IMG/VR virus record: IMGVR_UViG_3300020576_003089
Span: 1 to 64,000 of that record
Length of the DNA stretch: 64,000 nucleotides
Reading direction: 5' to 3' (one strand)
From: a virus
Taxonomy: Duplodnaviria > Caudoviricetes
How positions within the stretch are numbered: position 1 is the first letter of the stretch; each line of letters opens with the position of its first letter. The position numbers and the translations under genes are program-made. The notes beneath the pieces were generated by a model. It saw only the letters and a list, made by a program, of their open reading frames with translations, searched no databases and was not told where the DNA came from. This document shows positions 49,770 through 59,020 of the stretch, piece after piece.

Positions 49770-50413
49770 TATTGAGGATTTTGTGCTCTAGATTGAGCTA
49801 GTAATTCTTCGTCTTCTTCAGGAGTATTAGCTGGGATTTCACTATCACCATCTAATGGAGTATCACTAGGTTGAGCCGGTTCAGGTCCTCCACCATCAGG
49901 GAAGTTACCTCCACTAAAACTACCACCACTTCCTCCACCTAAATCATTTGATAAACCTTGATCATATTGTGCTTGTTGTTGTTGAGCAATATTAGGATCA
50001 GGCTTACTTAATAATAATAGATCTGCTATTGATTGAGATGCTCTTTCTAGTTCTCCTATATTAGCAGGATAATATTTTTTACCTGAAATTCTTATTCTAA
50101 ATTTATTTGAACCAATGTATGTTATATCAAATTCTTGTCCATTAATTAATTCAATATTGAATACAGTTGGTTTTGGAGCTATAATTCTAATTGAAGCTAT
50201 AAATCTACCAAATGCAGGAGACATTAAGTCATCCATTAACTCTTTTAATTTAGGAAATCTATAAATTAAAAAAATCGCCTTTTCTGCTGATTTTTCCTTT
50301 TCTTCTTGTTCCTTTAGAGTTTTTTGGACTGCTTTTTTAATATATGCTTCTAATATTAGTTTTTTATTAGTCATTTTGTTGATTATCTTGTAAATCTTCT
50401 TGTCCAACTTCAT
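49769..50413 (-). CDS. Hypothetical protein
   Basis: 214 aa; KKLILEAYIKK/TLKE N-terminal motifs, Gly/Pro-rich tail. Confidence 0.6.
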   Translation of the reverse strand: MKLDKKIYKIINKMTNKKLILEAYIKKAVQKTLKEQEEKEKSAEKAIFLIYRFPKLKELMDDLMSPAFGRFIASIRIIAPKPTVFNIELINGQEFDITYIGSNKFRIRISGKKYYPANIGELERASQSIADLLLLSKPDPNIAQQQQAQYDQGLSNDLGGGSGGSFSGGNFPDGGGPEPAQPSDTPLDGDSEIPANTPEEDEELLAQSRAQNPQ

Positions 50414-50771
50414 GAGTTAAACCCATTAATTCTTTAATTTTACTTGTTTCAGAAGTAATTTTATTTCTTAATAATGAAATTTGATTATCAAGTTTTTGTT
50501 CTAATGCTACTCCTTTAGATTTAATTAAATCTAATTCTTTAGCAAATCTAGCTAAATCAGCAAATTCAACTTCAGTAGTTGCTGTTTTTTCAGCAAATTT
50601 AGCAGTTGATATTTCTATTTTCATTTGTTCTAAAGCAGCTAAATTCTTTTTTAAATCAATTAATTTACCTGAACTTTTTGGAAGTTTTTCAGTTTTTTCT
50701 TTCTTTTTAGCTTTTTCTTTTTGAACAGCTTCTAATATTAATTTAACTGCTAATTCTTTTGTTATTTTCAT
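50367..50771 (-). CDS. Coiled-coil hypothetical protein
   Basis: 134 aa; KLILEAVQKE. Confidence 0.6.
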   Translation of the reverse strand: MKITKELAVKLILEAVQKEKAKKKEKTEKLPKSSGKLIDLKKNLAALEQMKIEISTAKFAEKTATTEVEFADLARFAKELDLIKSKGVALEQKLDNQISLLRNKITSETSKIKELMGLTHEVGQEDLQDNQQND

Positions 50772-50772
50772 T

Positions 50773-51411
50773 TTATTTTAATTTTGCTATTGTACCATAA
50801 CTACCAATATATTCACCTTTAGAATTCTTTTTATGGAAGGCTATACCATGTACTTTTATTGAATTTTCTCCTGATGTAAATGTATATATTTCATCAAATA
50901 TTCTATTTTCAATCACTGAATTTTCCCATGCTTCTGAAATACGTCTTGTATCTTCATGTGATATACAAGATATCCATCCATTTCCTAACATTTCTGATTC
51001 TACTCTTTTTACTAATTTACACATAGATGGGGAAGCATATGTTATTTCACCTTGCTTTCCACTTATCCAAAATGCAATTTGTTGCATATTAAGAGATATT
51101 CTATGGGTATCTTCTAAACTATCTACTTTATCACCAATAACATTAACATTAGATTCAATTAATTTTATATTTTTTTCTACTCTATTAATACTATCACGCA
51201 ATGAACTACCTCCATTAGGTAATACTTCTTTTAAAACTCTATCTAGTTTTAATAGAGCGTCTTGCATTCGCTCAGAATTTTGTATTCTACTTTCTACTAC
51301 TTTTTTTCTTCTTAATATTGCTGGTTTAATTACTTTTTTCCATAAAATACCAACTGTTGATAATATGGTTATTATTGATATAATTATACCTAATATTTCT
51401 GATAAATCCAT
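50773..51411 (-). CDS. Membrane-anchored coiled-coil protein with PAS-like domain
   Basis: N-terminal TM; NGGSSLRD; GEITYASPSMCKLV...EMLGNGWISCISHEDTRRISEAW. Confidence 0.7.
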   Translation of the reverse strand: MDLSEILGIIISIITILSTVGILWKKVIKPAILRRKKVVESRIQNSERMQDALLKLDRVLKEVLPNGGSSLRDSINRVEKNIKLIESNVNVIGDKVDSLEDTHRISLNMQQIAFWISGKQGEITYASPSMCKLVKRVESEMLGNGWISCISHEDTRRISEAWENSVIENRIFDEIYTFTSGENSIKVHGIAFHKKNSKGEYIGSYGTIAKLK

Positions 51412-51435
51412 ATATAAAGATGTTTATAATAAATA

Positions 51436-52050
51436 TTACATACCCATTTTTTCTTTAATTTCCTTAACTCCTTCTCTAAATTGTTGAATTATTTTTTCTT
51501 TATCTATATTACCACCCATAATCTGTTCAATATCACCATGTTCAGTTACATATGAATTATTATATCCATTAATAAATGTATCAAAAAATGCATTTTCTAA
51601 ATCTTTTAAATAACCATTAACATTATCTTCTTTGATTTTACGTTGATATTCATCATATTTACCATCTCGCTTAAGTTCAGTTTCAAATTGAATAACGCAA
51701 TCTAAACACATTTTATGAATACTATATAGTTTCTTATTTGAAGTTGAAGTACTCATTGGTTTATCACATTTAGGACATACTAAAGGTAATATAATTAATT
51801 GTTTTAATTCGTCAAATTTAGTCAAGGTTTGTTTTATTCCGTTTTGGAATATCCATTGTTTACCATTTTCCTCCCAAATTTCACCTTCTTTACGTTCTGT
51901 TATAGTATGGTTATAACCTACTTGCGTAGTAGTTTTATCATTTGTTTTTTTAGAAACAATATTACGCATTCGTTGCACATCACGTTTATTGAATTCTTTA
52001 ATCAATTTTGAATCATTCGTCATCTGAAAATAGTTTTTTAGGTATTTCAT
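51436..52050 (-). CDS. Hypothetical protein with Zn-finger-like CxxC pairs
   Basis: CPKC...HKMCLDC. Confidence 0.6.
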   Translation of the reverse strand: MKYLKNYFQMTNDSKLIKEFNKRDVQRMRNIVSKKTNDKTTTQVGYNHTITERKEGEIWEENGKQWIFQNGIKQTLTKFDELKQLIILPLVCPKCDKPMSTSTSNKKLYSIHKMCLDCVIQFETELKRDGKYDEYQRKIKEDNVNGYLKDLENAFFDTFINGYNNSYVTEHGDIEQIMGGNIDKEKIIQQFREGVKEIKEKMGM

Positions 52051-54715
52051 TGTTAATTGTTAATATTTTATTTACATCATTAGGATCATACATTACAATG
52101 TATTGACCTGATTGTTTTTCTTCTACTGCTTTACGTGTTCTATGATTACCATCTATAAGTATTAATTCATTTTTATCATTTTCATCTTTAAAATTAGCTA
52201 TTAACCCTAAAGGTTCATTATAATTTATATTAATTTGATTATATTTTTTAGGATTAGCTTCTGAAAATTCAGGATGTGATAAAAAATGCATCACTTCAGG
52301 TGAATATGTTTTTATTTTAGTTTTTATATCACCTTGTTTTATTAAGTTATATGCTTTAGATACATCAAATTTATAGCGACCATGATATGCTGAAAATGTT
52401 TCATTTTCTCTTTGTGATTCGTTAATATTAACATATTTTTTAACTAATTGTTTCATTTCACTATAAAAATTATTTAAATCTTGTTTAGATAATATTTTTA
52501 ATCTTCTAGTTTCTAAATCTAAATTATATTTTTCACAATATTTATTTCTTATTTCTTCATATTCTTCCCAACCTTTACTATTACTTGCAAACTCCTTCCA
52601 ATTCGAATAAATATTTTCATCATAATAATCATATATTTCTTCCCAAGATGGGTTAGGATTATTTATTTCAAGTTCATTAATTTTACTTTCAACTAGTTGA
52701 GTATAATATTCAGGATGCAATTTACCCCACTTTCTCATAACTAAACCTGCAAATGCGTTAGCTTCATTTTCATGTGGAGAACCATCTTCACCACTATTAT
52801 CAGTTAATTCCTTATTTATATTTTGATGTAAATGTTTCCATTCATGAGCAAGACTTCTCCAAGAATCCATTAAGTTTCTACCTTTAATATAAACTGTTAT
52901 TTCATTATTATTTGGATCAAAATGAGCAAAACTTGTAGTTTTAGACTTATCTTTAGTTAATTTAATGTTATATTTTTCTTTAATTGGTAATTCTTGTTGT
53001 AAGAATTTTATAAATTCTTTAAATGAATCTTTAATTGATTTTTTAGATTCATTTAATTTTTTATTTTTATTATTGTTATTAATATCTATTAACCCACTAG
53101 CATCATATCCCAATTCATTATTAGTAAAAAATAAACCTCCATCTTCTAATTCATATTTTTCTATTCTATCAACATCAAAAATTATTACTTTACCTGTATG
53201 AGCAAAGGTATATAAATTTATAGTTCTAATTTTAATTTTATCTCCTATTTTAATATCATTAGGATTAAAATTAGGTATATATTTTGTAAAATCCCATTGT
53301 TTAGATGGTTTATTTATTCCTAATTCGTTTAATTTTTTAATATTTTTAATATCAAACATTGATTCAATTTCATTAAAATCAATTAATCTTTTATCAAATT
53401 GTTTAGTAATTAAATTTTGGAATTTAATAAAGTCTACATTAAAATCAACAAATGTTGTTTTATAGTAATATAATATTCCTTCAGTTATACCTTCCCATAA
53501 TATTAAAATAGGACTTAATGGATACCAATCGACATATTCAAAATTTCCTATTATATATTCTAAGTCAATATATTTGAATAATTTGGGATTTATTTTAGCA
53601 AAATCTTTAAATAGTTGTTCTAATTCATCAAGATTATTAATTGTTTTTTCATTCCATTGTTCTGGAATCTTTATATGAAATTTTAATGGTTCATTTATTT
53701 CTAACTCATTAATATCTTTTTTTTCTAAATCTTCTAAACATATTTTAGATTCATCCCACCATTTATTTACTATATCAATATGTCTTGTTTCATAAAAATT
53801 ATGTAAATTTTCAAAAAACCATCTTAAAAGTATTATTTTACTTGCTTTATCAATAGTTAAAGGAAATCTTATACCACCTGTTTCAGACATGTTTCTATTG
53901 TTTAATCTACCAATTTCTTTTTGTAATTTAAGATTTATATTTTCAAAATAATTGGATAATTTTATAAAACCTTCCTCACTAGTTATATAATCAGGTTTAG
54001 TTGGTTTAACTATAGGAATGTATTTTTTTGGTTTTAATACTTCCAGTTCATTAATAGCATTAGATTTACGAATTTCTTCATCCTCATTATATGGGATACG
54101 TTCTCCACTTACATAATCTTCAAATGCTATATCATCACTGTTTGGTATAGAAACACATTTCCAACCATTAGACCAATACCATCCTTCTTCTCCACCTATG
54201 GTTTCATCATCAGGTTCATATATTTTTTGCAAATATTTATTTTCTTTCCAATTATCACCAGTCCACCATAATTTAATATCATATGTTTTACCTACTTGAG
54301 GTTTGCGTGGATTATTAATTTGTAGTTCGTTTAGTTCATTTTTATTTTTATATAATTTTAATCCAGCAAAAAATGAATATAAATCACTATAATTACATTT
54401 ATATATAAATTCAAATCTATCATAAGCTATATAAAAATGTTTATCATTCCAAACATCTATATAATCATTAATATTAGTTCCTTCTTCTTTATGTATTTGT
54501 TCTAATATTTCATGGAAAGCATTCTCAACATCATCAAATGAATTAAATTGATTATATTCTACTAAAGGTAATAATTCATTATATAATTTATTCCATTTTT
54601 GACGTTCTAAATCAGGTTTAGGTTTATTAATCTGCAATTCATTTATTTCATCAGCTTCAAGAATTTGTTCCTTATGTAATTGTTTTGACCACCAGTCTTT
54701 ACTAAATAATTTCAT
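52013..54715 (-). CDS. 900-aa polyprotein of modules joined by NELxINxP linkers (includes HExxH and ParB-like modules)
   Basis: Six full linkers and two short xNES junctions; AHEWKH; LIDGNHR. Confidence 0.75.
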   Translation of the reverse strand: MKLFSKDWWSKQLHKEQILEADEINELQINKPKPDLERQKWNKLYNELLPLVEYNQFNSFDDVENAFHEILEQIHKEEGTNINDYIDVWNDKHFYIAYDRFEFIYKCNYSDLYSFFAGLKLYKNKNELNELQINNPRKPQVGKTYDIKLWWTGDNWKENKYLQKIYEPDDETIGGEEGWYWSNGWKCVSIPNSDDIAFEDYVSGERIPYNEDEEIRKSNAINELEVLKPKKYIPIVKPTKPDYITSEEGFIKLSNYFENINLKLQKEIGRLNNRNMSETGGIRFPLTIDKASKIILLRWFFENLHNFYETRHIDIVNKWWDESKICLEDLEKKDINELEINEPLKFHIKIPEQWNEKTINNLDELEQLFKDFAKINPKLFKYIDLEYIIGNFEYVDWYPLSPILILWEGITEGILYYYKTTFVDFNVDFIKFQNLITKQFDKRLIDFNEIESMFDIKNIKKLNELGINKPSKQWDFTKYIPNFNPNDIKIGDKIKIRTINLYTFAHTGKVIIFDVDRIEKYELEDGGLFFTNNELGYDASGLIDINNNNKNKKLNESKKSIKDSFKEFIKFLQQELPIKEKYNIKLTKDKSKTTSFAHFDPNNNEITVYIKGRNLMDSWRSLAHEWKHLHQNINKELTDNSGEDGSPHENEANAFAGLVMRKWGKLHPEYYTQLVESKINELEINNPNPSWEEIYDYYDENIYSNWKEFASNSKGWEEYEEIRNKYCEKYNLDLETRRLKILSKQDLNNFYSEMKQLVKKYVNINESQRENETFSAYHGRYKFDVSKAYNLIKQGDIKTKIKTYSPEVMHFLSHPEFSEANPKKYNQININYNEPLGLIANFKDENDKNELILIDGNHRTRKAVEEKQSGQYIVMYDPNDVNKILTINNEIPKKLFSDDE

Positions 54716-54726
54716 ACGTATAAATA

Positions 54727-55497
54727 TTATTCTATTTTAATAGATGTTGGGTATTGTAATATTATAGGTTTGTCATTAGGATTTTCTAAACGATATATAT
54801 CATACACCTTAGTAAATATATCAAAGTTTTTTTCTATTTCATCTATTATTTTGATTTGCCATCCTTTACCTTGCCATTCCTTTTCAGTACGAGTAGCTGC
54901 TTTTAACCATAAAATTCCAGTTTTAATTACTTTTACATCATGTGTTTCATTCCATGCTGTCGCATATGCTGCTAATTGTAATTCATATGTGGTATGCAAT
55001 GAATTAGAAGTTTTAATATCTAATAACCATAATTCATCTTTTATTTCAACTATTAAATCAGCAGTACCTGCAAATTCATATTTATCACTAAATAAATGAT
55101 ACTCAGTTGCTATTAATTTAGGTTTATAACGATTCCAAAATTCAGCAAATCTTAAAATCATTTTCCAAACATCTAAATTATATTTAATGTTACCTATATT
55201 ATCTATCCAATGTATTTCTTCACCTTTAATAAAACGTTCACAAGCATCATGTACTTGTCTACCTTCATCAGCGGCTTGAGCTGCTATAATTTCAGAATTA
55301 AAACCATTAGCTTTAATCCAATCTTCGAAAAATCTACCTTTAGGAAAATAATTTAATATGGTTGATACTGATGGATAATATTCATTATTTCTTTTATAGA
55401 AACGTTGATCAAAAACATTTAATTGTTTTGAATCTTCACTATATTCAACTGTTCTTTTTATGTGTGTGTTATGTAGGATATTTTGTCCTTTATTCAT
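54727..55497 (-). CDS. PD-(D/E)xK exonuclease (Cas4/lambda-exo-like)
   Basis: YPSVSTIL, G.QVH, AGTADL, LLDIKTS, YELQLAAY. Confidence 0.85.
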   Translation of the reverse strand: MNKGQNILHNTHIKRTVEYSEDSKQLNVFDQRFYKRNNEYYPSVSTILNYFPKGRFFEDWIKANGFNSEIIAAQAADEGRQVHDACERFIKGEEIHWIDNIGNIKYNLDVWKMILRFAEFWNRYKPKLIATEYHLFSDKYEFAGTADLIVEIKDELWLLDIKTSNSLHTTYELQLAAYATAWNETHDVKVIKTGILWLKAATRTEKEWQGKGWQIKIIDEIEKNFDIFTKVYDIYRLENPNDKPIILQYPTSIKIE

Positions 55498-55534
55498 AAA
55501 TTCAAAATTTCTCCAATATACATTAAAATTTTTA

Positions 55535-56488
55535 TTAAATCAAATTTAATTTTAATTGCATAAGTTTGGAAAAATCTAGTTGTTTTGTTTTTTCTAAGAT
55601 ACTTAAAAATCGACTATAACCAATTTCATTAATATCTTTACCATCAATTTCAACTAAATATACTTCTTTTCCCATATCCATCAATTTTTCAGCATATCTA
55701 ATTGAAGATTTAATTGCGTCTGGATCTAAACATATATATATTTTATCTACTGATGATTCAGCTAATTTTTCCATTAATGCATTATTAATTATTTTACCAA
55801 ACAATGGTATAACATTGCGTTTTATTGTTAGGGCATCGAATATACCTTCTACCAATATTATTGGTGCATCCCAATTAATGAATAGTTCTAAACCTATAAC
55901 TTTAGATGATATAGGTGGGTTTTTATATTTGGGAAATACATCTTCTTTAAATGATCTAGCTACAAAATAATTTAATTTACCTTTAGCATCATATGATGGT
56001 ATAATTATTCTACCTGAATATTTACCACTTTCACAAAATCCTATATTATATTTTAGAATATCATCTTTTGTTATATGACGTTTTTTAAGATATTGTATTG
56101 CTCTTCGAGCTTCTAGTTGAACTACTTTATTTAAATTACTTATATCAACGAGTGAAACATATTCTTCTGGTAGTTTAATTTGTTCTTCAGGAGCTTGTTG
56201 TTTTTTAGAACCTGGTCTTAAAATTAATTTTAATTCATTGTTTTTATCAGGTGCAACTTCTAACTTTTTGAATAATGATTTGACTGTTTTGCCTTTTGTT
56301 TCTAAACATGTCCAACAGTGCCATGGATTTTCTCCTTTTTCATTAGTTTCTAAATTTATTTCTAATTTTCTTTTATGATGATTACATATAGGGCAATGAT
56401 AAGAATAATTACCATTAGAAGTATATTTCCCTTCTTCACCTAAAACACGATTTAATAAATCTAATAATGTGTTATTTATATTAAGCAT
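55535..56488 (-). CDS. DNA primase (Zn-finger + TOPRIM)
   Basis: CPICNHH...WHCWTC; YLKKRHI; GRIIIP; LVEGIFD; CLDPD. Confidence 0.85.
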   Translation of the reverse strand: MLNINNTLLDLLNRVLGEEGKYTSNGNYSYHCPICNHHKRKLEINLETNEKGENPWHCWTCLETKGKTVKSLFKKLEVAPDKNNELKLILRPGSKKQQAPEEQIKLPEEYVSLVDISNLNKVVQLEARRAIQYLKKRHITKDDILKYNIGFCESGKYSGRIIIPSYDAKGKLNYFVARSFKEDVFPKYKNPPISSKVIGLELFINWDAPIILVEGIFDALTIKRNVIPLFGKIINNALMEKLAESSVDKIYICLDPDAIKSSIRYAEKLMDMGKEVYLVEIDGKDINEIGYSRFLSILEKTKQLDFSKLMQLKLNLI

Positions 56489-57167
56489 ATTTCCAAATAA
56501 ACCCTCCTGCTTGTTTTTGTTTACCCTTCAAAAATGAATTAATATCTCCTTTTACATATTTAGATGCTTCACTTATAGATTCCCATTCTTTGATAAAATT
56601 ACCTTCTAAATCATATTGATTTACTTTTTTTCTTAAACATTCTTTACCTCCACTAGTATCCCATGTTACTTTTCTACCTTTTAAACCTTTGGATATATTG
56701 TTTTTCCATTTATCATCTATCCATGTTCTATCCATGGTTTGATATGAATTTTTATGGTTTATTTTATGATTTTCATCAAATGGTTTAGGTTTACCTTTAT
56801 GTATTTTACTCATTTTTTCCTTAGTAAATTCATTATGTTTAAAACCTAATCTACTTTTACTAAGTTTTAACTTTGATTCTTCAGTAAAAAATGAAGGTCC
56901 ACCTCCACCATTATTTTTATTAATAACATCAAATCCCCATTGTTTAAATTGCTCAATCCAATATGTTTCTAGTGGTTTCCAATCTTTTTTATCTAATGAA
57001 TCAATTTCGTCTATATAATCATATGTTATTTCATTACCATATGTTGTTTTGTGATTAATAAATCTACAATTTTTAGTTTTACCTATGTAGACTTTATTTG
57101 GATCTCCGTAACAATTAGTTACTAAATATATTTTTGTAGAGTATAATAATATAGAATTTTCTTTCAT
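56481..57167 (-). mobile_element. Free-standing GIY-YIG homing endonuclease with NUMOD3/NUMOD1
   Basis: KIYLV...KVYIGKT; KHNEFTKEKMS; VNQYDLEGNFIKEWESISEA...AGGFIWKY. Confidence 0.85.
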
Positions 57168-57181
57168 TTACACAAGATAAA

Positions 57182-57640
57182 TTAAAGATTTTGACTTAAA
57201 TCTTTTGTAAATATTTTTCCTAAAATGTTACTATTAATGAATAAATCAGGTTTTTCTAATACTTCATAAACACACAAATATTTTAATTCAAAGTAAGTGA
57301 GCTCTTTTGAAGAACGAGCAAGTTTGAGTAAATAACGTTCATAAATTGATTTATCAGGATTATTTTTAATTACATCAGCACTACCATAATATGTTTTCCA
57401 ATCAGATTCAGCTATTACTTGTTTTTTAGAAGCCTTTCTACCTCTAGTAATAGGTAATGCTTTAATTTCTTTTTTACCTAATTTAATATTTCGGTTAGTT
57501 TTGAAATTTTTCTTACCAATATACATTTTACCTGAAACTGTATCTTTAACTAAATAAATAAATCCATACCATTCATCTATATTGAATGATTCATTATTTA
57601 TTAATTCGTCTTCTATTTTATTTAAATTCAATATATCCAT
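57182..57640 (-). CDS. GIY-YIG-family (Seg-like) nuclease
   Basis: YGFIYLV...GKMYIGKK...WKTYYGS...LTYFE. Confidence 0.7.
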   Translation of the reverse strand: MDILNLNKIEDELINNESFNIDEWYGFIYLVKDTVSGKMYIGKKNFKTNRNIKLGKKEIKALPITRGRKASKKQVIAESDWKTYYGSADVIKNNPDKSIYERYLLKLARSSKELTYFELKYLCVYEVLEKPDLFINSNILGKIFTKDLSQNL

Positions 57641-57956
57641 CTTCTATATATGTATCCATATTCTCAAACATATCATTTGCAGTACTTTTATCCATTTTTT
57701 CTAAATTTTGTATAATTTCATCTTTAGAAAGTTTTATTTTATTGAATAATGGATTAAACCCATACCAACTATTTAATATATCTGATATAACCCATTCTTC
57801 TGAATCCTGTAATTCCCCTAAACTAAAGTTATATTTTTCTAATAATTTTTCTAATATATTTACATCATTTATTACATCTATTCCTTTTTGAGTTAAATTA
57901 TATTGCTTAGGATTATTGATTCCTAATTCATTTAATATTTTTTGTAGTTTAATCAT
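57618..57956 (-). CDS. Leader-tagged hypothetical protein (MIKLQKILNELGINNP)
   Basis: Shared leader. Confidence 0.7.
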   Translation of the reverse strand: MIKLQKILNELGINNPKQYNLTQKGIDVINDVNILEKLLEKYNFSLGELQDSEEWVISDILNSWYGFNPLFNKIKLSKDEIIQNLEKMDKSTANDMFENMDTYIEDGYIEFK

Positions 57957-58900
57957 TATGTATCATATTTAATAATTATGTTTGTATCAAGTTCGGGTGA
58001 AATATAAATAGATTGTCCCATTTTAGCAACAGCTAATAATTCGTTATTATCATTATATAAACCTACTCCAGTTATATAAGGTGAAAATGATGAACCTGTA
58101 GCAAAATCTAAAACTGTTCCATCAGCACTTCCTGATTTTAGTAACGTTGGATTATAACTTAAATTAAAATTTTCAGCTTTTATTTTACAGTAAATATAAT
58201 TTTCATATGTATTCCATTCATTTTTAAAAGAATAAACTAATGAACCTGTTAAAGGCATTGGAAATAAGTTTTGATATAGTTGATTTGTAACTATACATAA
58301 TCCAAAAGCATAAAAAATATTTCCTACAGGAATACCTGAACCACTTGAATATTGTTCAACATAATTATAATCCCAATAACCTCCTGAAACATATAATGCA
58401 CCTGATAATGCGTACTTATAATCTAATAAATTACCATAACCATCATCTAATATATAATAATCTGATGATGATACTATAAATGATTTAGGTAATACTTGGT
58501 TTCCATAAATGTCTTTATCTATATAAATAGATTTTATAGTTTGCCCATCATTTGTAGGAAAATAATTATCAAATAATGGGTTTTCATTATAATTAAAATA
58601 TGAACTAGTATTTCTATAATTAGAAGCTGAAATATAATATAATGAATTTATTCTATCTTGAGGATAAGGTAAATTTAAATTATTATATTGATGATAAAAC
58701 AATTGGTTTATTTTATTATATTCTAATTGTTCTACACCAGTAATAGTTCCACTAATAAATAAACTAGAAGTACAAATTCCTGTATAACATTTAATATATT
58801 CATCATAAGATGAAGCTGTATAAGCAAATGACCATTGCTTATTAGATACAATATTATCCTGATATATATCAGATTTATTTATTTGTTTAAATACTGACAT
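57956..58900 (-). CDS. Virion structural (baseplate-region) protein
   Basis: C-terminal YIT.VGLYNDNNELLAVAK domain; paralogous to the next gene. Confidence 0.6.
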   Translation of the reverse strand: MSVFKQINKSDIYQDNIVSNKQWSFAYTASSYDEYIKCYTGICTSSLFISGTITGVEQLEYNKINQLFYHQYNNLNLPYPQDRINSLYYISASNYRNTSSYFNYNENPLFDNYFPTNDGQTIKSIYIDKDIYGNQVLPKSFIVSSSDYYILDDGYGNLLDYKYALSGALYVSGGYWDYNYVEQYSSGSGIPVGNIFYAFGLCIVTNQLYQNLFPMPLTGSLVYSFKNEWNTYENYIYCKIKAENFNLSYNPTLLKSGSADGTVLDFATGSSFSPYITGVGLYNDNNELLAVAKMGQSIYISPELDTNIIIKYDT

Positions 58901-59020
58901 TTATTAGTTTTAAAAACTTAATTTGGTTCTTATAAGTTGTTCTTTGGTAAAGTCTTTTAATAATGGTCTAGACAATTTAGCAACAGCTAATAATTCGTTA
59001 TTATCATTATATAAACCTAC
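58022..59020. repeat. 45-bp exact repeat (58022-58066 and 58976-59020) in paralogous genes
   Basis: TTTAGCAACAGCTAATAATTCGTTATTATCATTATATAAACCTAC at both sites. Confidence 0.85.

Larger units (their letters stand above)
10105..57196 (-). promoter_or_regulatory. AGTCAAAATTCTT-N4-TAnnTT promoter/operator motif (5 sites)
   Basis: Boxes at 10105-10117, 37203-37215, 46739-46751, 49546-49558 and 57184-57196. Confidence 0.65.

Noticed and set aside
46-53201. All plus-strand ORFs in the track (e.g. 46-327, 7201-7398, 15843-16124, 23301-23603, 23741-24013, 25396-25707, 41971-42195, 46716-46919, 52965-53201, and later ones)
   Set aside because: Each lies largely antisense to convincing minus-strand genes, has low-complexity or biased composition and no recognisable motifs; they are shadow ORFs.
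6008-54727. Plus-strand TATAAATA (T4 late promoter consensus) at many intergenic sites
   Set aside because: It points away from the genes; the minus-strand reading ATATTTAT is better conserved and correctly oriented.
54727-55497. Cas4 as evidence of a CRISPR-Cas system
   Set aside because: Stand-alone PD-(D/E)xK exonuclease beside primase, without the Fe-S cysteines or any array; a routine phage recombination/replication nuclease.
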